Assembly (NCBI RefSeq): GCF_963921235.1
Contig: NC_086108.1
Location: forward strand, 106,208,001 to 106,272,000
DNA length: 64,000 nt
DNA from: Mobula hypostoma
Lineage: Eukaryota
Direction of reading: 5' to 3'
Part shown: positions 50,627 to 61,724 of the stretch, piece by piece
Position numbering within the stretch: position 1 is the first letter of the stretch
Layout: every line of letters starts with the position of its first letter
The notes under the pieces: model-generated
Told to the model about the DNA's origin: nothing
Databases searched by the model: none
The model's input: only the letters and a program-made list of their open reading frames with translations
Made by a program: the position numbers and the translations under genes

Positions 50627-51046
50627 CTTCTCCGTGGATTGTCACCTTATCGTGGTGGAGAAGCTTGTGTGGTCCTGTGACCCCGAGAGCAATGCCGTCT
50701 GGAGCTGTGCTCCTGGTAGGGTCACCCATGGCGGTAAGGTCAAGGGTGAGGTCCCTGACAAAGAACAATCCAACCAAGACCTCAACGGTGGAACAGGCAG
50801 ATGAAGTTACTTCGAACTCAACGGCTGTGAAGGCGGATGAAGGCTGCAACAAATCCATCGGCTCCAATCGTCGTGGTTTCCATGCTATTGGAATCAGTTG
50901 GTTGATTTGTGAAGTATCGTGTGCTTCTTGGAGTGCAACATCAAGTACACGTTAAACAAATACACGCACAGCCATCTTCACTCTGTGGGCCACTTCTTCA
51001 GAACAAAGACCATCATCCTCGACCTCGAGGGATAGCCACGACGACG
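50627..51046 (+). mobile_element. Non-autonomous RTE derivative (Expander/BovB-like 5' UTR), 12-bp TSD
   Basis: GTCACCTTATCGTGGTGGAG...TGGTAGGGTCACCCATGGC head; ATCCTCGACCTCGAGGGATAGCCACGACGACG tail; TSD ATCTCACTCAAC at 50615-50626 and 51047-51058. Confidence 0.8.
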
Positions 51047-51434
51047 ATCTCACTCAACTCTTGGAAAAAGTCTTTGGCTATCTACTCTATCTATGCTTCT
51101 TACAATCCACATTGTGTCTCAATAAATAAATAAATGAAAGGTAACTTTATAGAGGTGTACAAATCTTTGGATAGCCAAAGACTTTTTCCCAGGTCAGAAA
51201 TGGTTAACAAAGGGGGCATAACTTTAAGGTGACACACGCAAAATGCTGGATGAACTCACAAGGTCAGGCAGCATCTGTGGAGGCATATAAGCAGTTGGCC
51301 TTTTGGGCCAAGGCCCTTGATCAGGACTGGAAGATATTACAAAGGGGATGTCAGAGGTAGGTTGTTTATGCAGAGACTGGAACACACTGCCTGGGGTGGT
51401 GAAAGAGGCAGATACATTAGGGACATTCAATAAG

Positions 51435-51900
51435 GAGGTCCTCTGTTGGTCGTGGACAACCATGGATGTTGCATCCCAGCTGCCAACGTGATGCACAAGC
51501 CAGGACAGTACGATATATAAAGGAAATTGTTGCCCATATAGCAGGCTCCCCCTCTCCACGCAGCTGATAAATCCAGAGGAACGGCAGAGACCCATGCAGT
51601 TTGGCACCTGTGGCATCACAGGAGTTGCCAGTCAGCGTTGAACTCAATGTAGGGCCGCTTGGGGACTCCAGCTCCAGATTTTTCGTTGGAGTTTACTCCT
51701 GAAGCCTTCCCCTTGACTGAGTATAGCTGTAAGGTAGAGGAGTTTGAGATCAGAGTTTTCTTTCTCCAAGATGAACTGCCAACCATGAATATCAAGTCCC
51801 ATCTGCCCAAACTGACTGGATTTAAGTCACCAGTAACCCACCTTTGCCCCTTCTCCTGGTGGTAGAAAGGGTTCGACCGGGCATAGCAGCAAAGCCATGC
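51435..51900 (-). mobile_element. Non-autonomous RTE derivative, same family as 40812-41381
   Basis: Shared 5' UTR blocks; tail CATCCATGGTTGTCCACGACCAACAGAGG. Confidence 0.85.
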
Positions 51901-52599
51901 ATTCAATGTTCAAAATTTCAAACTAAATTTATTATCAAAGTACATATATACCACCATATACAACACTGAGATCCATTTTTTGTGGGCATACACAGTAAAT
52001 CTAAGAGATACAATAGCGTCAATGAAAGACCGTACCCAACAAGACAGACAAATAATCAATGTGGAAAAGACAACAAACTATGCAAATACAAGTTCAAGAA
52101 AGAAAAAAAAGTAATAATACTAATAAATAAATAAATAAATAAATAAACAATAAATATCGAGAAAATGAGATAAAGAGTCCTTCAAAGTGAATCCATAGGT
52201 TTTGGGAACATTTCAGCGATGGTGCGAGTGAAGTGAGTGAAGTTATTCTCTCTGATTGAAGAGGCTGATGGTTGAGGGGCAATAACTGTTCCTGGTATTC
52301 AGGAGGAAACCTGGAGGATGATTCTCATCTGGGACGATCACCAGAGGGAACCTTTCGGAACTTAAAGCACCTTGAGGTCTTACACTTCCACAAACAAATT
52401 TAACAGCAAAGTTCAAAGTAAATTTATTATCAAATTATGTACCATATATGTCATCGTATACTAATTTGAGTTTCATTTTCATGCAGGAATTCACAGTAGA
52501 ACAAGGATAGACAAAAGAATCAATGAAAAACTACACACAAAGACAGACAAACTGTGCAAACAATAATAACAATTATTATTATTATTATTGTTGTTATTA

Positions 52600-54745
52600 G
52601 GATGCAACTGATGGATGACTATGAAACATATAATTACCTAGGATATCAACAAGCAAAGAAAATAGATTATAGTGTGATAAAGGGAAAAGCTTTGACAGAA
52701 TTTACTTCAAGGCTTAAAAAAATCTGCCAAACACAGCTCAATGGTAAGAATACAACAAAGGCAATGAACACTTTAGCTATATGCGTATTAACATATTCTT
52801 TTGGCATAATATCTTGGTCCGAAATGAATCTGGAAAAATTACAATGAAAATTAAGAACTGAAATGACAAATTTTAGAAAACTTGATATACACTTAATAAA
52901 CACATTAGATTAACACTACCTCAGACAGAAGAAGAAAGAGGAATAATAGATATAAAAAATTTACACACCAGTCAAATAAAACTCCTAAAGATCTATTTTC
53001 ATCAACAAAAAGATGATTTGGAATGCCACTCAAACTATGCAATTCTGATAAGAAGTACAGACCAATAAACTTGAACGAAAGCACAACATAGAAAAATGAA
53101 GAAATTATCACTAGAGAGAAGAGTTAACCAATGGAAAAGCACGACCCTCCATGAAAGACATCCCCACAATCTGAGCAGACTAGATGTCGACAAGAAAACA
53201 TTAAACACCTGGCTCAGAGTTGGGGACCTCCTCCCAGAAAGAGAGGGACTCCTTGTGGCAATACAGAACCAGGAGGTTAACACAAAAAAAATCTAAATTA
53301 CATAATAAAAGACCAACAAATTTGAGATGATGAATGTAGAAAATGCCAAGTGAAACCAGAATCAACCCAACACATTACAGGATCCCACAGCAGTTTACTT
53401 CAATCTGTTTACTCACACAGGCACAATCAAGTGGCAAACATCATTCACCAAATTCTTGCTTTAAAATATAAACACAGAAAAGACACCATAACTTACTATA
53501 AATACAAACCTGATCCAGTTTTAGAGTCACACACATCAAAGTTGCTGGTGAACGCAGCAGGCCAGGCAGCATCTCTAGGAAGAGGTACAGTTGACGTTTC
53601 AGGCCAAGACCCTTCATCAGGACTAACTGAAAGAAGAGCTAATAAGAGATTTGAAAGTGGGAGGGGGAGGGGAGATCTGAAATGATAGGAGAAGTCAGGA
53701 GGAGGAGGGATGGAGCCAAGAGCTGGATAGGTGATTGGCAAAGGGATACGAGAGGATCATGGGACAGGAGGCCCGGGGAGAAAGACAAGGGGGTGGGGGT
53801 AAACAGAGGATGGGCAAGGGGTATAGTCAGAGGGACAGAGGGAGAAAAAGGAGAGTGAGAGAAAGAATTTGCGTATAAAAATAAACAACGGATGGGGTAC
53901 GAGGGGGAGGTGGGGCATTAGCAGAAGTTAGAGAAGTCAATGTTCATGCCATCAGGTTGGAATATAAGGTGTTGTTCCTCCAACCTGAGTGTGGCTTCAT
54001 CTTTACAGTAGAGGAGGCCGTGGATAGACATGTCAGAATGGGAATGGGATGTGGAATTAAAATGTGTGGCCACTGGGAGATCCTGCTTTCTCTGGCGGAC
54101 AGAGCGTAGGTGTCCAGCAAAGCGGTCTCCCAGTCTGCGTCGGGTCTCGCCAATATCGGGAGCACCGGACACAGTATATCACCCCAGCCGACTCACAGGT
54201 GAAGTGTCACCTCACCTGGAAGGACTGTCTGGGGCCCTGAATGGTGGTAAGGGAGGAAGTGTAAGGGCATGTGTAGCACTTGTTCCACTTACAAGGATAA
54301 GTGCCAGGAGGGAGATTAATGACAGAGCGTAGGTGTTCAGCAAAGTGTGACAGAGTCAGAGTTCTACAAATTATATTGTGACTGATTCATTATTATAAAC
54401 AGGACAAGCCCTAATAACTGTCCGGTTATAGTAATGCAGGATAAACAAGACAGAAAAACAAGCACACGTATCAAACGGAAATTAATAAATTTAAAACACC
54501 AGAAATATGCTGAATTAAAAGAGGAAATTGAAAGACTATGGAACATGAACAAGGTATACATTGTCCCAATAGTAATATCTACAACTGGTATCATCCCATA
54601 GCATTAAACAATTTGGCCTACACAGCAATATTTATGTAAATCTTCAGAAAGCCACAATACTAAACACTGGTAGAGTAGTCGGAAAGTTCATTGAGAAATG
54701 AGTGTGCTTGGTGACCTCTGGTTTTACCAGCTAGAGCTGAGAAAA
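52600..54745 (+). mobile_element. R4/Dong-like RLE non-LTR retrotransposon 3' half, degraded, interrupted by a PLE
   Basis: YNYLG, LNGKN..KAMNT.A..VLTYSFG, EGLLVAIQ.Q, CRKC..ESTQHI, RHNQVA.IIHQ, KYKP.PVLES, KYAELK.EI.RLW, VPIVIS.TG. Confidence 0.85.
53530..54351 (-). mobile_element. Penelope-like element 3' fragment with 7-bp TSD
   Basis: IGETRRRLGDRFAGHLRSV...LRLEEQHLIF; AGAGTCA at 53523-53529 and 54352-54358. Removing it restores the R4 frame VLESEFYKLY. Confidence 0.93.
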
Positions 54746-54985
54746 ATATCAAAATATAAATGAATGAATAGGTAGATAGGCAGATAAGTAAATAAATATA
54801 TTCATACATACTTAGACAATGGATTGCAGAAACCTTGCGTCCATAGGTCAAGCTCAGTGATCAGTTCAGCAATGAGGTGAGTGAAGTTATCCATTCTGGT
54901 TCAGGAGCCCGATGATTGTAGAGTAATAATTATTCCTGAACATGGTGGTGTGGGACTTAAGGCTAATGTTCCTCCTTCCCGATGG

Positions 54986-55975
54986 TAACATGTGTTAGGG
55001 ATCTGGAGCTGCAGCTTGATGGCTTACTGCTTATTAGGGAAAATGAAGAGGTGATAGACAGGAGCTACAGGGAGGTTGTCATCCCTAGGCTACAGGGGTC
55101 AGAAAACTGGGTGACTGTCAGGAGAGGGAAGGAAAATGCCCGGATAGTGGAGAGCACCCCTGTGGCTGTCCCCCTCAGCAACAAGTATCTTGTTCTGGAT
55201 GCTGTTGAGGGGGATGACCTGACAGGGAACGCCCACGGTGAATGGGTCTCTGGCACTGAGCCTGGCGCTGTTGTGCAGGAGGGAAGGAGGGAGAAGAGGA
55301 ATGCGGTAGTCATAGGGGATTCCATAGTCAGGGGAACAGACAGGAGATTCTGTGAGCCTGATAGAGATACCCGCATGGAGTGTTGCCTCCCAGGTGCCAG
55401 GGTACGGGATGTCTCGGATCGGGTCCAGAATATTCTGAAGGGAGAGGGCGAGCAGCCATTTGTCTTGGTACATGTTGGTACCAATGACATAGATAGGAGA
55501 AGGGAGGAGGTCCTGAAATGAGATTTCCGGGAGTTAGGAAGGAAGCTGAGAAGCAGGACCTCCAGAGTAGTATCTTGGGACTTGTACCTGTGCCACGTGC
55601 TAGCAAGGGCAAGAATAGTAGGATCAGGCAGATGAATGTGTGGCTGAGAGACTGGTGCAGGGGGCAGGGCTTCAGATTCTTGGATCATTAGGATCGCTTC
55701 TGGGGGAAGCATGACCTGTTCAAAAAGCACAGGTTACACCTGAACCCGAAGGGGACCAATATCCTGGCGAGAAGGTTTAATAGAGCTGTTAGGGAGGGTT
55801 TAAACTAATTTGGCAGGGGGATGGGAACCGGAGTGATAGAGCGGAGGAAGAGGAAAACAGAAATAAATCTAAGATAGTGAGCAATAAAGATGACAGGAAA
55901 GACAGGCAGGTGATGGGGCAAATTTGTAGCCATTGGGATGAGTTGGAGTGAAATCAAAGCGAAAAGTACCACTTT
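54986..55975 (+). mobile_element. CR1 ORF1 fragment (SGNH esterase-like domain)
   Basis: VPLSNKY.VL, VVIGDSIVRG, CCLPGARVRDV, VLVHVGTND, followed by decayed ORF1 C-terminal sequence. Confidence 0.88.
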
Positions 55976-56896
55976 GATGATACAAAGATAGGTGGAGGGG
56001 TCGGTAGTGCTGAGGAAACAGAGAGTCTGCAGAGGGACTTGGACAGATTGGAAGAATGGGCAAAGAAGTGGCAAATGAAATACAATGTTGGAAAGCATGG
56101 TTATGCACTTTGGCAGAAGAAATAAACAGGCAGACTATTATTTAAATGGGGAGAGAATTCAAAGTTCTGAGATGCAACGGGACTTGGGAGTCCTCATGCA
56201 GGATACCCTTAAGGTTAACCTCCAGGTTGAGTCAGTAGTGAAGAAGGCGAATGCAATGTTGGCATTCATTTCTAGAGGAATAGAGTATAGGAGCAGGGAT
56301 GTGATGTTGAGGCTCTATAAGGCGCTGGAGAGATCTCACTTGGAGTACTGTGGGCAGTTTTGGTCTCCTTATTTAAGAAAGGATGTGCTGACATTGGAGA
56401 GGGTACAGAGAATATTCACTAGAATGATTCCGGGAATGAGAGGGTTAACATATGAGGAACGTTTGTCCGCTCTTGGGCTGTATTCCTTGGAGTTTAGAAG
56501 AATGAGGGGGGACCTCACAGAAATATTTTGAATGTTGAAAGGCGTGGATACAGTGAATGTGGCAAAGTTGTTTCCCATGATGGGGGAGTCTAGTACGAGA
56601 GGGCATGACTTAAGGATTGAAGGGCCCCATTCAAAACAGAGATGCGAAGAAATTTTTTTAGCCAGAGGGTGGCGAATCTATGGAATTTGTTGCCACGGGC
56701 GGCAGTGGAGGCCAAGTCATTGGGTGTATTTAAGGCAGAGATTGATAGGTATCTGAGTAGCCAGGGCATCAAAGGTCATGGTGAGAGGGCAGGGGAGTGG
56801 GACTAAATGGGAGAATGGATCAGCTCATGATAAAATGGCAGAGCAGACTCGATGGGCTGAATGGCTGACTTCTGCTCCTTTGTCTTATGGTCTTAT
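55975..56896 (+). mobile_element. CR1 3' end, same subfamily as 10470-11846
   Basis: DDTKIGGG, DYYLNGERIQSSEMQRDLG, SSTRGHDLRIEG; tail TTTGTCTTATGGTCTTATG. Confidence 0.93.
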
Positions 56897-57364
56897 GTGG
56901 GTCCTTGGTGATGGAGGCTGCTTTCTTGTGAGGGTGTGTGAGTGCTCTTCATAGATGTGGTCAATAGTGGGGAGTATATTTCTTGTGTTAGGCTGGGCCA
57001 TATCGCTTAGATGATTGCGAACAATTCCTTTTGTTACTTCAATACAATGAGCTTACTTCGATATTTTTTCTTTATAGATTCTTTCCAACAGAATTACAAT
57101 TAAAGGACTTCTTAACTGACAAGAACATCAAGCACCTTTGTTGAAACAAAGTTGATCAAATCAATATCCCAGACATTTTTGAAGATGTGAATGCAAGATA
57201 TTTACGCTAAGGCTTGTGAAAACTGACTTTCTACATACATCAATGCTCCAAATATTATTTGCCTAAACAAGTATGACAATAATTGTGCTAAGTAACAAAA
57301 TATAGCCATTCTGAAACATTTATTAATCATTGTCACGGTGCTGTAAAATATTGGAAGGTATCTG

Positions 57365-57700
57365 ATATAAGTTAAATTAGCATTATTTGCTCCATGTACA
57401 TCAAAAGATTGAAACATACATTGAGTGAAACGCATCCATTGTGCTGATGACCAACACAGTCCAAAGATGTGCTGGGGGCAGCCCTCGAGCGCTGCCATGC
57501 TTTTGGTGCCAATTTAGCATGCCCACAGCTTTCTAACTCTAAGCTGTACATCTTTGGAATGTGGGAGGCAACTGGAACACCCAGAGAAAACTCGCACGGT
57601 CGCAGAGAGCATATACAATCCCTTACAGATAGCAGCGGGATTTGAACCCCGACAAGTGATTGCTTTCACCGTAAAACATAAGCTGCCGTGCCATCCCACG
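57365..57700 (-). mobile_element. V-domain tRNA SINE
   Basis: Minus-strand B box GGGTTCAAATCCC, V core, and a tail like that at 530-640. Confidence 0.75.
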
Positions 57701-57958
57701 TGATGTTGGGCAACTAACATACTGTAGCTTGTTTGTCTGCACCTTTGGCCAAAGTCTCACGTTCCTCTCAATTTCCAAACCATATTTCCCCCTCCGCACT
57801 CTAACATTCTCAGACTCTTAATTCCACCTCTCTCACTTGTTCTGTTATCGTTTTTTTTCCATTTTAAACTACCTCAGATTGCACTGCAATCTTTGTGCCA
57901 TCCTGCTGTTTTCTGATCGTCACTGCACTTACTGTTACGATTTACACTGTTTACTGAT

Positions 57959-58099
57959 ATGAGCCCTGAGGCCTCTGAGCTTTCTGTCGAGTGATGGGCC
58001 TCTGGGTGTCTTCAGCACCTGTATTTACTAATTGTTTCCTTAATGAGAGTCATTAAACTCTTTGTTTTCTGATTAATCTGGTCAGTTAATTGTGACTGG
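57959..58099 (+). repeat. Left arm of a non-TE-like inverted repeat (partner 61516-61644)
   Basis: GCACCTGTATTTACTAATTGTT (58015-58036) is the exact reverse complement of 61576-61597; 58066-58099 matches the reverse complement of 61516-61549 at 33/34. Confidence 0.9.
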
Positions 58100-58142
58100 C
58101 ATGCCTTTTCCTGCATTCTATTATTATTTAAAGAGGACTCAC

Positions 58143-58405
58143 ATTTAGTCCCTTAACTGAGGCATTGTTTTTGGAGAGAACGATTTGTCTCGTGGTGTCG
58201 CTCCTCCGAGGCTCTGTTGGTATTATGATGTGTCATCTTTTGTTTCCATCTCTTCATGGGGAATCTGCTGCCCTCTGCTCCTGGGGTCGAGTCATTGTCA
58301 GTACTTCCTGGGTTGAGTTGGAGCCAGCAACTGCTGTGACAGAGAGAGCCTGCCGTTCCTCTGCACTTGGGTCCAGCCCTGCAAGTGCACTCCATGATCG
58401 AATGG
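58143..58405 (-). other. Exon-like unique segment with canonical splice sites; stops in all three frames
   Basis: Minus strand TTTTGTTTAATAACTTGCCAG| ... AAAT|GTGAGT; 263 nt; not recognisably repetitive. Confidence 0.3.
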
Positions 58406-58515
58406 CTGGCAAGTTATTAAACAAAAGTCCTCTGTAGAAGAGTGCAGGGGGATCTCACTGAAACCTACTGAATGTCAAAAAGACGACATAGGGTGGATGT
58501 GAAGAGCATGTTTCC

Positions 58516-60985
58516 ATAAGACCATAAGACATAGGAACAGAATTAGGCCATCTAGCCCATTAAATCTGCTCTGCCATTCAATCATGATTGATCATTTTTT
58601 CTATCTCCTCCTCAACCCCAGTTCCCAGCCTTCTCCCTGTAACCTTTGATGCCATGTCCAATCAAGAACCGATCAATTTCTGCCTTAAATACATGCAATG
58701 ACCTGGCCTCCACAGCTGCATGTGGCAACAAATTCCACAAATTCACCACCCTTTGCCGAAAGAAATTTCTCTGCATCTCTGTTTTGAAAGGGTGCCCCAC
58801 TATCCTGAGGCTGTGTCCTCTTGTCCTAGACTATCCCACCATGGGAAACATCCTTTCCACATCTACTCTGTCTAGGCCATTCAACATTCGAAAGGTTTCA
58901 GTGAGGTCCCCCCGCCCTCCATCCTGCTGAATTCCAGAGAGTACAGACCCAGAGCCATCAAACATTCCTCATATGGTAACCCTTTCATTCCTGAGATCAT
59001 CCTTGTGAACCTCCTCTGGACCCTCTCCAATGCCAGCACATCTCTTCTAAGTTGAGGGGCCCAAAACTGTTCACAATTCTCAAGGTGAGGCATCACATCC
59101 TTGCTCTTGTATTCTAGACATCTAGAAATGAATACTAACATGGCATTTGCTTTCCTCACCACCGACCCAACCTGTAAGTTAATCTTTAGGATGTTCTGCA
59201 CAAGTCCCTTTGTATCTCAGATTTTTGGATTTTCTCCTCATTTAGAAAATTGTCCGCACATTTATTTCTGCTACCAAAATGCATGACCGTGCATTTTCCA
59301 ACATTGTATTTCATTTGCCACTTTCTTGCCCTTTCTCCTAATCTGTCTAAATCCTTCTGCATCCTAGCTGTTTCCTCAACATTACCTGCTCTTCCACCAA
59401 TCTTCATATCATCTGAAAGCTTGGCAACAAAGCCATCTATTCCATCACCTAAGTCATTTATATACAGCATAAAAAGAAGTGGTCCCGACACTGATCCCTG
59501 CGGAACACCACTAGTGACTGGCAGCCAACCAGAAAAGGATCCTTTTATTCCCACTTACTACCTCCTACCAATCAGTCAATGCTCTAACCATGTTAGTAAC
59601 TTTCCTATAATACCATAGGCTCTTAACTTGGTAAGCAGCGTCATGTGTGGCTCCTTGTCAAAGGGCTTCTAAACGTCCAAATATACAACATCCATTGCAT
59701 CCTCTTTATCTATCTTACTTGTAATCTCCTCAAAGAATTCCAACAGATTTGTCAGGCAGGATTTTCCCTGAAGGAAACCACGCTGACTTTGTACTATCTT
59801 GTCCTGTGTCACCAAGTACTCCATCAATTCATCATTAACAATTGACTCTAACATCTTTCCAATCTCTGAGGTCAGGCTAACTGGTCTGTAATTTCCTTTT
59901 TGCTGCCTTCCTCCTTTCTTAAAGAGTGGAGTGACATTTGCAGTTTTCCAGTCCTCTGGCACCATGCCAGAGTCCAATGATTTTTGAAAGTTCATTTCTA
60001 ATGCCACCACAAACTCTAAGGCTACCTCTTTCAGAACCCTAGGGTGCAGTTCATCTGGTCCGGGTGACATGTGTACCTTTAGGTCTTTCTGCTGTTTGAG
60101 ACCTTCTCTCTTGTACTAGTAACTACACTCACTTCTCTTCCTTCACACACTTACAACATCAGGCACACTGCTAGTGTCTTCCACAGTGAAGACTGATGCA
60201 AAGTTCTCATTTAGTTCATCAGCCATCTTCTTGTTCCCCGTTATTACTTCTCCTGCCTTATTTTCTAGCGGTCCTATGTCCACTCTCATTTCTCTTTTAC
60301 TTTTAACATACTTGAAAAAACTTTTACTATTCACTTTGATATTATTTGCTAACTTGCTTTCATATCTCAGCTCTTCCCTTCTAATAATTTTTTTAGTTGC
60401 TCTCTGTAAGTTTTTAAAGACTTCCTTATTTTCTATCTTCCCACTAATTTTTGCTTTGTTGTATGCCCTTTCTTTTGCTTTTACAATAGATTTGATTTCC
60501 CTTGTCAGCCACAGTTGTACTATTTTACCATTTGAGTATATCTTCATTTTTGGTATACACATGCCCTGCCCCCTCCTCATTTTTCCCAGAAACGCATGCC
60601 ATTGCTGCTCTGCTGACATCCCTGTCAGCACCTCCTTCCAATTTACTTTGGCCAACTCCTCTCTCATACCACTGTAATTTCCCTTACTCCGCTGAAATAC
60701 TGCTACATCAGACTTTACTTTCTCCCTATCAAATTTCAAGTTGAACTCAATCATATTGTGATCACTGGTTCCTAAGGGTTCTTTTACCTTAAGCTCCCTA
60801 ATCACCTCTGGTTCATTACATAACCCCCAATCCAGTATAGCTGATCCCCTGGTAGGCTCAACGACAAGCTGCTCGAAAAAAAAACATCTCTTAGGCATTC
60901 AACAAACTCACTCTCTTGAGATCCATTACCAACCTGATTTCCCAATCGACCTGCATATTAAAATCTCCCATGACTACTCATGGCT
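58516..60985 (-). mobile_element. CR1 LINE, APE C-terminus through RT to 3' end
   Basis: EPTRGSAILD, LGTSDHNMIEF, SPGPDELHPRVLKE, GVPQGSV, KLSDD; ORFs 60143-60898, 59669-60070, 59186-59554 and 58881-59201. Confidence 0.95.
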
Positions 60986-61004
60986 AAAGGTATAAAGCCA
61001 AGAC

Positions 61005-61487
61005 ATTTTTCTAAATGGCGAGAAAATTCAAAAATCCGAGGTACAAAAAAACTTGGGAGTCCTCTGCCCTACCTTCCTATCCCTCCGATATAATGTGTAA
61101 CCTTGGACATTCAGCTCCCAACTACAACCATCCTTCAGCCACGATTCAGGATGTTTCCTATGGTGGGTGGTGGTACCCACAACTAGAGGGCACAGTCTCA
61201 AAACTGATGGGAGACCTTTAGAACAGAGGTAAAGAGAATTTTTTTTCGCCAGAGAGCAGTGAATCTGTGGAATGCTCTGTCTCAGACTGCAGTGGAAGCC
61301 AAGTCCGCTGGTATATTTAAGGCGGATGTTGATTGTTTCCTGGTCAGTCAGGGCATCAAAAGATATGGTGAGAAGGCAGGTGTATGTGGTTGAGTGTGAT
61401 CTGGAATCAGCCATGATGGAATGACAGAGCAGACTCGATGGGCTGAATGACTTAATTCTGCTCCTATGTCTTGTGGTCTTATGGTCT
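61005..61487 (+). mobile_element. CR1 3' fragment containing an inverted APE-derived patch
   Basis: Plus-strand FLNGEKIQKSEVQKNLGV (~61005-61064), minus-strand ESWLKDGCSWELNVQGYTLYRRDR (~61065-61150), then plus-strand 3' end. Confidence 0.8.
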
Positions 61488-61515
61488 TTTAATCCTAGAA
61501 TCTGGGAAATTTGTT

Positions 61516-61644
61516 CCAGTCACAATTAACCGACCAGATTAATCAGAAACCAAACGGTTAAAGACTTGTTAAAACAACAATTAGTAAATACAGGTGCACG
61601 AGAAACTTCAGAGCTCAATGCTCTTTGCCAGGCTCAGAGCTCAT
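61516..61644 (-). repeat. Right arm of the inverted repeat (partner 57959-58099)
   Basis: CCAGTCACAATTAACCGACCAGATTAATCAGAAA...AACAATTAGTAAATACAGGTGC...CTCAGAGCTCAT. Confidence 0.9.
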
Positions 61645-61724
61645 GACTGTTTACTCTGTAAGCTTCATGGGAGTGAGGAAGTTCATTTCACTCTATGCAT
61701 GTGTCAAGAAAATAAACTATCTAC

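Noticed and set aside
55065..55730. 221-aa minus-strand ORF and similar antisense ORFs (e.g. 2757-3221, 60174-60677)
   Set aside because: Antisense shadows of CR1 coding frames.
61520..61552. CACAATT...TCAGAAACC looks like a V(D)J recombination signal
   Set aside because: Spacer is 15 nt (not 12 or 23), the heptamer is poor, and no V/D/J coding segment is adjacent.
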